A stretch of 64,000 bases of DNA from Candidatus Gottesmanbacteria bacterium (GCA_963790805.1 CAWBPL010000002.1:256696-320695), one strand, 5' to 3'. Numbered from the stretch's first letter, positions 26,053 through 35,570 are shown. Numbers and translations are program-made. Notes: generated by a model not told the origin, from the letters alone.

Positions 26053-27734
26053 AGCGCTTCCACCTTCGTTACACGAATAACTTCTTCAATTGTCGTCATC
26101 CCTTTCAACACCTTTTCCAATCCGTCATCGAGCATGCTATTCATGCCCTCTTCTATCGCTTGCTTATTAATCTCCTCAGAATCTACCTTTTCCGAAATAA
26201 GCTTTCTAATCTCTTTTGAAACGTCCAATACTTCAAAAACTCCTAAACGTCCCAAATACCCCGTATTATGGCATACTTTACACCCATTTCCTTTATAAAA
26301 GGTAAATGTTGGATTCGTGCCAAAATGTTTATGGATCGTCGCTTGCGGAATGTGCTTTTCCAGTTCCTTCTTCGTTATGGAATATGTCGTTTTACATGAA
26401 TCACAGATTTTTCGAAGCAACCGTTGAGCAATAATGATGTTAACTGTTGAAGCCACCAAGAAAGGTTCAACGCCCATATCGGTCAATCGGGGTATCGCAG
26501 TGGCCGCATCGTTCGTATGAAGCGTTGATAGCACCAAGTGGCCGGTTAGAGCTGCATTGACAGCAATACCGGCGGTTTCGCTATCGCGGATTTCACCCAC
26601 AAAAATTATATTTGGGTCCTGCCGCAAAATCGATCGAAGACCGTTGGCAAACGTTAAATTTGTTTTCACATTTACCTGTACTTGACTTGCACCCTCTATG
26701 CGATATTCAACCGGATCTTCAATGGTTGTGATGTTTTTATCTCGAGTATTCAATATTTTTAATATGGCATAAATCGATGTCGTTTTTCCGGAACCCGTCG
26801 GTCCCGTCGACAATATCATACCGTACGACTTGCCGTATGCACTCGTTACTTTACGAAGATCACCTTCATTCATACCTAAATCCGAGAGTGAATATTCCCG
26901 GGAATGCGACGTTAAAAGCCGAAGAACTGCTTTTTCTCCCTCAGCAACAGGGAGAATGGATACACGGATATCAACCTGCTCTTCATCAACCGCCATGCGC
27001 ATTTTTCCGTCCTGCGCGCTCATATGCTCGTCGGTCCGCAGACTCGAAAGCACTTTAATTCTCGTCATAATGCGGTCGTGAAGCGCTTTTGGCACACGAA
27101 GCACATCATGAAGAACGCCATCAATCCGAAACCGGATAAGCGAATTATTTTCTTCCGGTTCTATATGTACATCAGACGCCTTATCCTGATATGCCGCATC
27201 CAAAAGAACGTCAACGATTTTCGCGATCGGCAAATCATCCGAAACAAGAGTCGTTGCCTTTTTAATATCCTCTTTTAACAATTCATCAATCGTTTTTTGC
27301 AGTACTTTTTTATAAATCTGCAGAATATTTCCAATATCGTTATCCGTCGCGTAATATACCGTCACTTTTTGATTCGTCTTTTTGACGATCATATCAACAA
27401 GATCCGTCACTTTCGGTTCCGCCATCGCAATTTTTATGCCGTCGGCATTTCGCTCAAAAACAACGGTTTTATGCTTTCTCGCTACTTTCTCGGGAATGAT
27501 ATGAAAAACTTCTTCGGGGATTGATAATTTCGATAAAACAACGAACGGGACTTTGAGACTTCGGGCTATGAGATTGCCAAGCGCTTCATCGGTGAGAGTC
27601 GCCGTATCAATAAGTTCGTGGGTAAGCGGCGTATGGGTATTTTTGGCTTTTTCAGCGATTTCTTCAAGCCGCTTGGCGTCGACAACACCGTTTTTTAAAA
27701 GCAGTGCTTTCAGCTGATCATCGGGCAGAATCAT
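26049..27734 (-). CDS. pilB: type IV pilus assembly ATPase (GspE/PilB family)
   Basis: T2SSE N-terminal domain, Walker A GPTGSGKTT, Asp/His boxes, tetracysteine CDSC...CKVC. TGtTATTAT lies 8 nt before the ATG. Confidence 0.95.
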   Translation of the reverse strand: MILPDDQLKALLLKNGVVDAKRLEEIAEKAKNTHTPLTHELIDTATLTDEALGNLIARSLKVPFVVLSKLSIPEEVFHIIPEKVARKHKTVVFERNADGIKIAMAEPKVTDLVDMIVKKTNQKVTVYYATDNDIGNILQIYKKVLQKTIDELLKEDIKKATTLVSDDLPIAKIVDVLLDAAYQDKASDVHIEPEENNSLIRFRIDGVLHDVLRVPKALHDRIMTRIKVLSSLRTDEHMSAQDGKMRMAVDEEQVDIRVSILPVAEGEKAVLRLLTSHSREYSLSDLGMNEGDLRKVTSAYGKSYGMILSTGPTGSGKTTSIYAILKILNTRDKNITTIEDPVEYRIEGASQVQVNVKTNLTFANGLRSILRQDPNIIFVGEIRDSETAGIAVNAALTGHLVLSTLHTNDAATAIPRLTDMGVEPFLVASTVNIIIAQRLLRKICDSCKTTYSITKKELEKHIPQATIHKHFGTNPTFTFYKGNGCKVCHNTGYLGRLGVFEVLDVSKEIRKLISEKVDSEEINKQAIEEGMNSMLDDGLEKVLKGMTTIEEVIRVTKVEAL

Positions 27735-27810
27735 ACTCTTCTATAATAACATGATCTTCTGCCAATCTTCATCTCTCAGCTATCTGTGAAGCATTCGAAA
27801 TAATCCACAG

Positions 27811-28422
27811 TTAATACCCAAGCTGTGTCTTCACAAATACGATGGTTACGCGATTCGGTACCTTCTCTGCATTATAGATGAGTAATTTACTCACATTCGT
27901 ACTCATCCCATATAACGATTGCATATGTTTTTCTTCGAGCGGAACAATGTATTCGTATATTCGCTTCATTCCCTCATCAATGGAGGCTACAACCTTTTGC
28001 GTACCTACAACCCATATAACGTGACCAGCAGCATATACATAGGCCGACAATTGACTTCCGGTATTCGAAGCAATGAGCACATGACCGTCTTCGGTTACCG
28101 CATGAACGCTTCCTATTGCCCAATCGGGAGCGGCGCCCAATTTTTGCATCTCTCTTCCTTGGGTCTTCCTGTCCATGGCAAATAACTTTGGTTTCACGGC
28201 ATCATATGCTTTGGACTCGTTAATCGCTTCTGTTAAACCCACCGCCTCAAGAGTGACGGAACTCATGGTCATCACTTCTGCGCCTTTGGGTATCATTGCC
28301 AAAACTTTTTCTTTTGCTTCTTTAGGCGTCCCAACAACGACGCTCTCGATCCCATTTCGCTTTAACGAATCAATGGTACGGTGTAACGACTGTGTATCTG
28401 CCAATATATTCCATGATTTCAT
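27811..28422 (-). CDS. LUD (DUF162, LutC/YkgG-like) domain protein
   Basis: MKSWNILADTQSLHRTIDSLKRNGIESVVV...MTMSSVTLEAVGL. Start at the ATG preceded by AAAGGGAG 4 nt upstream. Confidence 0.65.
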   Translation of the reverse strand: MKSWNILADTQSLHRTIDSLKRNGIESVVVGTPKEAKEKVLAMIPKGAEVMTMSSVTLEAVGLTEAINESKAYDAVKPKLFAMDRKTQGREMQKLGAAPDWAIGSVHAVTEDGHVLIASNTGSQLSAYVYAAGHVIWVVGTQKVVASIDEGMKRIYEYIVPLEEKHMQSLYGMSTNVSKLLIYNAEKVPNRVTIVFVKTQLGY

Positions 28423-28451
28423 ATATCTCCCTTTCTTTTTATAACGAATCA

Positions 28452-28470
28452 ATGTATACTAACTATACAT
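28452..28470. promoter_or_regulatory. perfect inverted repeat, candidate HxlR operator
   Basis: ATGTATA-CTAAC-TATACAT in the 89-bp divergent gap between the LUD and HxlR genes. TATAAT at 28481-28486. Confidence 0.4.
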
Positions 28471-28511
28471 CATATAACTATATAATGTAAAGTAGTTACA
28501 AAAAGTAAAGT

Positions 28512-28820
28512 ATGAAACAAACAGATAAAGCATGTGTTTCTCATACCATCAAGATCATCGGAAGTAAATGGACAATACTTCTTCTTCGCGAGCTCTGTGA
28601 TGGCATAAAACGGTTTGGACAGCTTGAAAAATCACTTCCCGGCATAAGCCCGAGAACGCTTTCTCTTCGCCTCCAACAATTGGAAAAGAACGGGATAGTC
28701 ACAAAAAAAATCTACGCGCAAATTCCCCTTCATGTAGAATATTCCCTGACGCCAAAAGGATTATCACTCCGAAACATCATAGAAGATATGCGACGATGGG
28801 GCGAGAAGTATCAAAAATAG
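28512..28820 (+). CDS. HxlR-family winged-helix transcriptional regulator
   Basis: IIGSKWTILLLRELCDGIKRFGQLEKSLPGISPRTLSLRLQQLEKNGIV. Confidence 0.9.
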   Translation: MKQTDKACVSHTIKIIGSKWTILLLRELCDGIKRFGQLEKSLPGISPRTLSLRLQQLEKNGIVTKKIYAQIPLHVEYSLTPKGLSLRNIIEDMRRWGEKYQK

Positions 28821-28867
28821 TGTGGTATGGTGAAGAAGGTTTATAATACCGATAAGTCTTATTTACC

Positions 28868-30412
28868 ATGCCTACGCCACCCGCAACTGATCACATACTG
28901 CTACAAGAAGCAATCGAAGATAGTCGTCAGGATCTTGATGAAATTCTCTATCTGTTAAACGATTGCACAAATCGCCTAAAAACGTTTTTAAGAGATATAC
29001 GAAGAGCTAAATTGCATATTCTCTCCGCAACATATCAGGAAACGGTTATAACGACTGAACAATATCTCGATATATATCATCTCCACACACAACAGGTAGC
29101 AAACTGTCTGAATAAACTCGCCCACATTTCTCCCACAATGACTCTTTTGCGTCAAGCAGAGGAAATAATAGAAAAAGATCGGGATTTCTTGCGAAGCTAT
29201 CAAGCTCGCATTGGGACTCTTATAACGAGCACTGACTGGCAATCTCCTTCATTCGCTCACTCAATCCGCTCCCAAGCCGGACGGCAGACCAATACAATCT
29301 ATGCAACGATTAATGATTATAAACGCGATCAACATTGGGATGCGTATCGCTATGAACGCGTATTTCTCAAGGAATACATCGATGCGCTCGTTAAATTCCC
29401 TGTTCAGGTATTGGCAACCTCAAGCGGCATGGCAGCATTTACAACCATTTTAAACTTCCTTCTTTTGGAACATAAAGCCATACGCCCGGTTCTTATCGGT
29501 AAATCAATCTATTTTCAGAATAAAATCCTCTTAAATGCCGCCTATGGCGATAAAATTATTGAGGTCGATGAAAGTGATACCGACGCGGTTCTATCGGCGA
29601 TCCAAACGCATAACCCTTCAATCATCATTCTTGATAGCCTCACAAATATGCCAAATATTGCACTTCCCAACATAAACGGTATTACAGAATATCTTATAAA
29701 ACATGCCAGAGACGAAACCTACCTTATCATTGATAACACCGGTCTTTCTGTTGCGTTTCAGCCTCTTCCATTATTTATCGGACGATTAACCAAAGTACGG
29801 CTTATCGTATTCGAAAGTCTCAATAAATATTACCAGTTCGGCATGGATCGCGTGACAGGGGGAATTTTGTGGAATTATGGCGGTGATACGGGAAAATTAT
29901 TTGATTATCGCGTTCATTCGGGCACAAACATTCCGGATGTAAGCGTCGACAGTCTGCCTACGCCGAACCGTAAATTATTGACCCTTCGACTTACCCGCCA
30001 CCAGCGCAATGCCCTGTTTTTAGCAACGCACCTCCAAGAATGGATAGATTCACACCAAGCATACCCATTTACCAAAATTGTTTATCCGGGACTATCGAAT
30101 CATCCGAATTATCAACTTAAAAAAGGTAAAGTGTTTTATGGAAGCTATCTTAGCATTCAATTCAAAAAGAAATATCAGAACGTCACCGCATATAAACGTT
30201 TTGTTTCGTCAGTCATGGACGAAGCGAAGCGACAACACGTACATCTTATTTCCGGAACGAGTTTTGGGCTCAATACCACGCGTATCTATTTAACAGCGCT
30301 TCGCAGCAAACCCTCTACGCCATTTGTTCGCATCGCGCTGGGCACTGAACATCGAATCCTTCTTGAAGCAATAACCGAGGTGTTTGTTGATGCCTTTTCT
30401 CATTTTCATTAA
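28868..30412 (+). CDS. divergent Cys/Met-metabolism-type PLP enzyme with ~170-aa N-terminal helical extension
   Basis: SSGMAAF, IIDNTG, ESLNKYYQFGMDRVTGG (putative PLP Lys), C-terminal VRIALGTEHRILLEAI (compare RLSVGIED..DLI). The N-terminal 170 aa is unrecognised. Confidence 0.6.
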   Translation: MPTPPATDHILLQEAIEDSRQDLDEILYLLNDCTNRLKTFLRDIRRAKLHILSATYQETVITTEQYLDIYHLHTQQVANCLNKLAHISPTMTLLRQAEEIIEKDRDFLRSYQARIGTLITSTDWQSPSFAHSIRSQAGRQTNTIYATINDYKRDQHWDAYRYERVFLKEYIDALVKFPVQVLATSSGMAAFTTILNFLLLEHKAIRPVLIGKSIYFQNKILLNAAYGDKIIEVDESDTDAVLSAIQTHNPSIIILDSLTNMPNIALPNINGITEYLIKHARDETYLIIDNTGLSVAFQPLPLFIGRLTKVRLIVFESLNKYYQFGMDRVTGGILWNYGGDTGKLFDYRVHSGTNIPDVSVDSLPTPNRKLLTLRLTRHQRNALFLATHLQEWIDSHQAYPFTKIVYPGLSNHPNYQLKKGKVFYGSYLSIQFKKKYQNVTAYKRFVSSVMDEAKRQHVHLISGTSFGLNTTRIYLTALRSKPSTPFVRIALGTEHRILLEAITEVFVDAFSHFH

Positions 30413-30547
30413 CGTGCCCCATTTGCCAACATTTGAGGCAGCGGATAGCTTCGTACTGTCAGAAATTTGTAAGAAACGCCTATGTACTTTTTTTTGGAAA
30501 AAGTGTAATGTTAAAGTAATACTGAGTGATCTCGGCAAAGAATTTAT

Positions 30548-32398
30548 ATGGAAAACAATGGAAAGCCTCGTGGTGAAACAATACCGCTCGGTGTTGCGAC
30601 ACATAATGATCAGGTTTTTCTCTATCACACCTTATCGGGAAATGAGAAATTTTTTCAGGCCGACATCAGTAACGACGGATTTTCGTTCTCTTCGCATACT
30701 GATAAATCAAAGATTGTTGATGAAAAACGACGAAACGTCAATCCGCATAAATCCCAAGACTTCCGGATAAGCCAAATGGGCGATTCATACGTTCTTCTTT
30801 ACAAATATCGAAAGGAAAAATTTGCCACGACGTATATAGCGACATCAAAAAATCTAATACGATGGCAGAGGATTGAGAAGCTCTCAACAATCAAAGAGGT
30901 TGGTGTTGTGGTCGGTAACTATCAACATAAAGGATCCTCTGTCATGTATGTCGGCGAGGAATCTATCCGCATAGCTTATTCCAACGATCTTATGACGTGG
31001 AATATTGAGAATGACCCTGTCCTTTCGCCGAAAAAAGATTTTTTTGGAGAATGGCCGGTAAAAGTCGCACATGTAAGTGTTGTCGAAGACGGAATTCTAC
31101 TTCTCTATTATGTTTTGAAGGGCGAACATCATGTCGCACTTCAGGCAGCCCTCTTTGACAAAAACAATCCAAAAAAACTCTTAAAATCTTATAATCAACC
31201 CATTTGGGAAGCACCGAAAGATTGGGATAAAAAACACGCGTATCCCATCGGCATTATCGTATTCAAAGGACTCTATATTTCCTACTGGGTATCAGAAACG
31301 GATGGTTTATTTGCTATTTCTCACCCATTCTTTAAGTCTCTGGGAGAATATCAAAAAGGCGCACCTGCGTTTCTTCTCAATAAAGCAAAAGATAACCCAA
31401 TCATTAAGCCCATCGTTGATCATTTCTGGGAATCGCGGGCTGTTTTCAATCCCGGCGCGCTGTATGAAAAGGGCCGCGTCCATATGGTCTATCGGGCAAT
31501 CGGAGACCAGGATGTATCCGTATTGGGATACGCATCAAGCGCGGACGGGACTAATTTCGACGAACGGCTGGATGAGCCAATTTATACTCCGAAAGAGCCG
31601 TTTGAATCGAATACGCCGTTTTCAAAAACAGCTTCCTATTCCCCCTATGCCTCCGGCGGAGGTTGCTATGGAGGATGTGAAGATCCAAGACTCACTAAAA
31701 TCGGCAATACCGTCTATATGACGTATGTTGCGTATGATGGATGGAATCCTCCACGCGTTGCCCTCACCTCTATTTCTCTGAACGACTTTTTAGGCCATAA
31801 ATGGAATTGGAAAAAGCCGGTTCTTCTCTCCCGACCTGGACAGGTCAATAAAAACGCGTGCCTGCTTCCAGAAAAAATTGATGGGAAATATGTCATATTT
31901 CATCGCGTATTTCCCGATATTCTTATTGACTATGTTGACGAGCTGGATTTTGACGGAGAAACAAAATGGCTGACAGGACAGCAAAAAATAAGCCCCAGAG
32001 CACATTACTGGGATAGCAGAAAAGTCGGTGTCGGCGCTCCACCAATCAAAACTGACGACGGATGGCTTCTTATTTATCAGGCGGTTGGAGAGCAGGATTC
32101 AGCACGGTACAAAATGGGCGCGATGCTTTTAGACCTGAAGGATCCTTCAAAAATTCTTCATAGATCCATAAAGCCTATATTGGAACCGACCGAATGGTAC
32201 GAAAATGAAGGCTATAAAGCCGGTGTTGCATATCCCTGCGGAGCCGTTATCGTCAAAGACCGCTTGCATGTCTATTATGGAGGCGCCGATATGGTTACCT
32301 GCCAAGCGAGCGCTCCGATAGAACAATTTATTGATCATCTCAAGACAACAGAAGAAACCCAACTGACGCCGGACGGTGGCAGAGCTGTCTCTCACTAA
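30548..32398 (+). CDS. GH130-family glycosidase/phosphorylase-related protein, two-domain (616 aa)
   Basis: C-terminal half: FNPGALYEKGRVHMVYRA, GCEDPRLT, GAPPIKTDDGWLLIYQAV, YPCGAVIVKDRLHVYYGGADM. The N-terminal ~260 aa looks like a degenerate second propeller. Confidence 0.7.
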   Translation: MENNGKPRGETIPLGVATHNDQVFLYHTLSGNEKFFQADISNDGFSFSSHTDKSKIVDEKRRNVNPHKSQDFRISQMGDSYVLLYKYRKEKFATTYIATSKNLIRWQRIEKLSTIKEVGVVVGNYQHKGSSVMYVGEESIRIAYSNDLMTWNIENDPVLSPKKDFFGEWPVKVAHVSVVEDGILLLYYVLKGEHHVALQAALFDKNNPKKLLKSYNQPIWEAPKDWDKKHAYPIGIIVFKGLYISYWVSETDGLFAISHPFFKSLGEYQKGAPAFLLNKAKDNPIIKPIVDHFWESRAVFNPGALYEKGRVHMVYRAIGDQDVSVLGYASSADGTNFDERLDEPIYTPKEPFESNTPFSKTASYSPYASGGGCYGGCEDPRLTKIGNTVYMTYVAYDGWNPPRVALTSISLNDFLGHKWNWKKPVLLSRPGQVNKNACLLPEKIDGKYVIFHRVFPDILIDYVDELDFDGETKWLTGQQKISPRAHYWDSRKVGVGAPPIKTDDGWLLIYQAVGEQDSARYKMGAMLLDLKDPSKILHRSIKPILEPTEWYENEGYKAGVAYPCGAVIVKDRLHVYYGGADMVTCQASAPIEQFIDHLKTTEETQLTPDGGRAVSH

Positions 32399-32411
32399 AA
32401 CACAACCTTCT

Positions 32412-33374
32412 ATGGTGTATGTTAAAAGGTTTCCCGGAAATCCACTGCTAGGTCCTTATACGGAACACGCGTGGGAAGCTGTTTCTGCGTTTAACGGATG
32501 CCCTATATTGAATGATGACGGATGTCATCTGCTCTATCGCGCGCAATCATCGGTTCAAATACTCCATGGTGTTACAATTGAACTTTCGACGATCGGACAT
32601 GCAATAAGTTTTGACCGCGTCCAATTTCTTAACCGGAGACAATTTATTATCCCTGAACATCCGTATGAACAATTCGGCTGCGAAGATCCGCGTGTGACAT
32701 ACATGGATGACAAATTTTTTATATTTTATACGGCTCTCGCAGCATGGCCACCAAAACCCGCCGGCATCTCCGTTGCACTTGCAATAACCAAAAACTTTCG
32801 CGATATTGACGCAAAATATCACGTTACGCCGTTTAATGCTAAAGCCATGACCCTATTTCCAAAACGCATCAACGGAAAATTCACTGTCCTTCTTACCGTC
32901 AACCCCGATCGCCCACCGTCCACAATAGCCATTGCCTCTGTCGATAAAGAATCAGATTTGTGGGATACATCATTTTGGACGCACTGGCATAAAACATTTC
33001 ATGAATCCTGCGTGCCGCTTCTTCGAACAGTGCATGATCACGTGGAGATCGGCGCTCCTCCAATCTGGACAAAATACGGTTGGCTTCTTATCTACAGTTA
33101 TATACGAAGCTACCTTACTTCCCATAAATTTTTCGGCATTGAAGCGGCGCTTTTGGACATAAATACCCCCCAAATAATCATCGGCCGAACCCAAGAACCG
33201 CTCCTGTTTCCAGAAGAAGAGTATGAACGCACGGGCGTTATCCCAAACGTCGTATTCCCCTCCGGCGCTCTCGTGTATAATGATACCCTCGGGATTTATT
33301 ACGGAGCGGCCGATACCAGAGTATGTCTTGCGACCTGCAGCTTGAAGGAACTTATTAACGAAATGCTCCCGTAA
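32412..33374 (+). CDS. GH130-family glycosidase/phosphorylase-related protein (single domain)
   Basis: FNGCPILNDDGCHLLYRA, GCEDPRVT, GAPPIWTKYGWLLIYS, FPSGALVYNDTLGIYYGAADT. ATG start 13 nt after the upstream stop (the track start is GTG at 32376). Confidence 0.7.
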   Translation: MVYVKRFPGNPLLGPYTEHAWEAVSAFNGCPILNDDGCHLLYRAQSSVQILHGVTIELSTIGHAISFDRVQFLNRRQFIIPEHPYEQFGCEDPRVTYMDDKFFIFYTALAAWPPKPAGISVALAITKNFRDIDAKYHVTPFNAKAMTLFPKRINGKFTVLLTVNPDRPPSTIAIASVDKESDLWDTSFWTHWHKTFHESCVPLLRTVHDHVEIGAPPIWTKYGWLLIYSYIRSYLTSHKFFGIEAALLDINTPQIIIGRTQEPLLFPEEEYERTGVIPNVVFPSGALVYNDTLGIYYGAADTRVCLATCSLKELINEMLP

Positions 33375-33406
33375 ATTCCATACATACCCAAATACTGTTA
33401 TTTCAT

Positions 33407-34432
33407 ATGAAAACACCGGTTACTGATTTTGATTATGCTCTTCCAAAAAATCTTATTGCCCAAACTCCTGCGAATCCTCACGAGAGCGCAAACCTCATGC
33501 TTCTTCATAAAAATGATGGAACAATCGAGCACTATACAGTTGCTGACCTTCCATCATTTTTCCGAAAGGGAGATATCATCGTTGTCAACAATACAAAAGT
33601 ATTTCACGCGCGGCTCCGTGCAAAAATTCACGACAAACTCGTCGAGCTATTTCTCGTGCGCCCACTTATAAACAATACATGGCTTGCGTTAGGAAAACCC
33701 GGGAAAAAATTTACACCTCAAACAATAGTTACAATTTCGAGCGATTTTTCCGGATCTGTAGTTTCCAATAATACCGATGGAACATTCATCATTTCTTTTC
33801 CGTTCTCTCCAAACGAAGTTATACGACAAGCAAATATATACGGTGAAGTGCCTGTTCCTCCATATATAAAAACAATCCCAAATGACGCAGATTACCAAAC
33901 TGTGTATGCAAAATATATGGGTTCCGTCGCAGCTCCCACCGCCGGATTTCACTTAACCAAAAACATTCTTCGTCAACTGAAAAATAATGGGGTTACTATT
34001 CTTGAAATTACACTCCATGTCGGAATCGGTACGTTTATGCCCATGAAATCTGACACTGTCGAAGAACATACCATGCATAGTGAATGGGTGAACATTCCCA
34101 AAAACATAGCAACAACAATTAATACTGCCAAACAGAATCATCAGCGGATTATTGCTATTGGTACGACAACTGTTCGAACGCTCGAAGGCGTTGCTGCCCT
34201 AAACAAAGGTATGATTAAAACATTCGAGGGTGATATAAATCTTTTTATTACACCAGGATTCCATTTTAACGTCGTTGATGCACTGTTAACAAATTTTCAT
34301 TTACCAAAATCAACGCTTATCGTTTTAGTATCGGCCTTCGCGAATCGCGAACGCATTCTTCATGCATATCGGGAAGCCGTTGATCGTAAATACCGCTTTT
34401 ATAGTTTCGGCGACACGATGCTGATTATTTAA
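33407..34432 (+). CDS. queA: S-adenosylmethionine:tRNA ribosyltransferase-isomerase
   Basis: FDYALPKNLIAQTP, PPYI, APTAGFH, TLHVGIGTF, IAIGTTTVRTLE, FYSFGDTMLI. Confidence 0.95.
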   Translation: MKTPVTDFDYALPKNLIAQTPANPHESANLMLLHKNDGTIEHYTVADLPSFFRKGDIIVVNNTKVFHARLRAKIHDKLVELFLVRPLINNTWLALGKPGKKFTPQTIVTISSDFSGSVVSNNTDGTFIISFPFSPNEVIRQANIYGEVPVPPYIKTIPNDADYQTVYAKYMGSVAAPTAGFHLTKNILRQLKNNGVTILEITLHVGIGTFMPMKSDTVEEHTMHSEWVNIPKNIATTINTAKQNHQRIIAIGTTTVRTLEGVAALNKGMIKTFEGDINLFITPGFHFNVVDALLTNFHLPKSTLIVLVSAFANRERILHAYREAVDRKYRFYSFGDTMLII

Positions 34433-34465
34433 GTGCGGTTGTCATTCCCGCAAAAGCGGGAATCT

Positions 34466-35107
34466 CTACAGGATATTTTTTAAATCGGCCAAATTTTCTA
34501 TCACCTTCCATGCATCCCTTTCAACTGGTGAACCACGAAGAGCTATACCTTTTCCGGTTAGTTGGAAAATTTCTCGATCGTTTTCGCTGTCTCCAATACA
34601 TGCACACGCGCAAACATCAATATCTAAGGAGCTGCACATTTCTAATACTTTTTCCCGCTTAAATACATAATCGTTTCCCACACATTCAATCGCCTGCCCC
34701 ATCCCATTTGTATCATATATAAACCGGTTATTGGCTGCCCAAAGAGGAATGTGTAATTCACTCGCAACTTTTTTAACAAGAACGTCAAATGAGCCGCTAA
34801 GAATTGCCAAATTGTAATCTTTCTTTTGAAGATACGAAACAATTTCCTTGGCGCCGTCGCAATAGGTATAGTGAAAAAGAGCTTTCGAAACTATTTCTTT
34901 TCGAAACTTTCCGCTTCTTTTGTATAACGGAAGAATTTTGTTTAAGCCCTCCTGATACGATAGTGCCCCTTCACGATATAAGGTAAGTAACCTTTCATCC
35001 TCTTTGGGCGTTACCCCCATCGCAAGATTTAAGTTCATCCATGAATTTTCTTCGATAAGCGTTCCGTTGAGGTCAAAACAAACGAGGCGAACAACACTCG
35101 AACTCAT
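34466..35107 (-). CDS. HAD-superfamily hydrolase (phosphoserine-phosphatase-like subfamily)
   Basis: CFDLNGTLI (motif I with Asn in place of the second Asp), ILSGS, GDSENDREIF. ATGA overlap with the RidA stop. Confidence 0.65.
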   Translation of the reverse strand: MSSSVVRLVCFDLNGTLIEENSWMNLNLAMGVTPKEDERLLTLYREGALSYQEGLNKILPLYKRSGKFRKEIVSKALFHYTYCDGAKEIVSYLQKKDYNLAILSGSFDVLVKKVASELHIPLWAANNRFIYDTNGMGQAIECVGNDYVFKREKVLEMCSSLDIDVCACACIGDSENDREIFQLTGKGIALRGSPVERDAWKVIENLADLKNIL

Positions 35108-35481
35108 GGTTTAACCGCGATCATACTGATTTCTAACCTTGCGCCAAGTACCAGATCTTTAACACACACAGTTTCCCGCGCCGGATACGGTTCTGTCAAA
35201 TACGTTTTATATACCTCATTCATTCTTCCAAATATTGACATGTCCGTAATATAAATAGATACCTTTACCACGTCGGCAAATGTAACACCGGATGCTTCCA
35301 ATATTGCCTTCAGGTTTTTCATCACCTGATGTGTCTGTTCCTCAATCGTCCCCTGATTAAGCTTCCCCTCGGGTGTAAGAGCAATTTGTCCGCCGGTATA
35401 AATCGTATTACCTGTAATAATTGCCTGAGAGAACGGCCCGTTCGCCGGTGGAGCGTCTGCTGTTTCAACTTTCGTTTTCAT
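35104..35481 (-). CDS. ridA: RidA/YjgF-family enamine/imine deaminase
   Basis: APPANGPFSQAI...GQIAL...V.KVSIYITDM..F..MNEVY...YPARETV.V..L..GARLEI. Confidence 0.85.
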   Translation of the reverse strand: MKTKVETADAPPANGPFSQAIITGNTIYTGGQIALTPEGKLNQGTIEEQTHQVMKNLKAILEASGVTFADVVKVSIYITDMSIFGRMNEVYKTYLTEPYPARETVCVKDLVLGARLEISMIAVKP

Positions 35482-35488
35482 ACTACGT

Positions 35489-35517
35489 ATCTTATCGAAA
35501 TATCCTATCTATCGCAA
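35489..35517 (-). promoter_or_regulatory. sigma70-type promoter, leaderless, for ridA-HAD
   Basis: Minus strand: TTGCGA (35517-35512), 17-nt spacer, TAAGAT (35494-35489), 7 nt, ATG (35481). Confidence 0.55.
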
Positions 35518-35570
35518 CTGATACAGTCATCATCCTAGTTCATATAATATATATCGCTTATATTTTAGTC

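Noticed and set aside
30290-30770. Two overlapping ORFs (30290-30628 minus, 30384-30770 plus) spanning the gap between the PLP enzyme and the first GH130 gene.
   Set aside because: Both run across the ends of well-supported genes. The real gap is only 135 nt and contains a plausible promoter (TTGGAA-17-TAATAC, 30494-30522).
34446-34464. Hairpin ATTCCCGC-AAAA-GCGGGAAT between convergent queA and the HAD hydrolase gene.
   Set aside because: The stem is good, but neither side has a U-tract, so I do not call it an intrinsic terminator. It may still act as a bidirectional RNA-stabilising or pause structure.
35543-35548. TATAAT hexamer 57 nt upstream of the NRAMP start, as an alternative promoter.
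   Set aside because: No acceptable -35 box lies at 16-18 nt (GATACA at best). The TTGTCT-17-TGtTAAAAT element closer to the ATG fits the pattern seen at the other genes.
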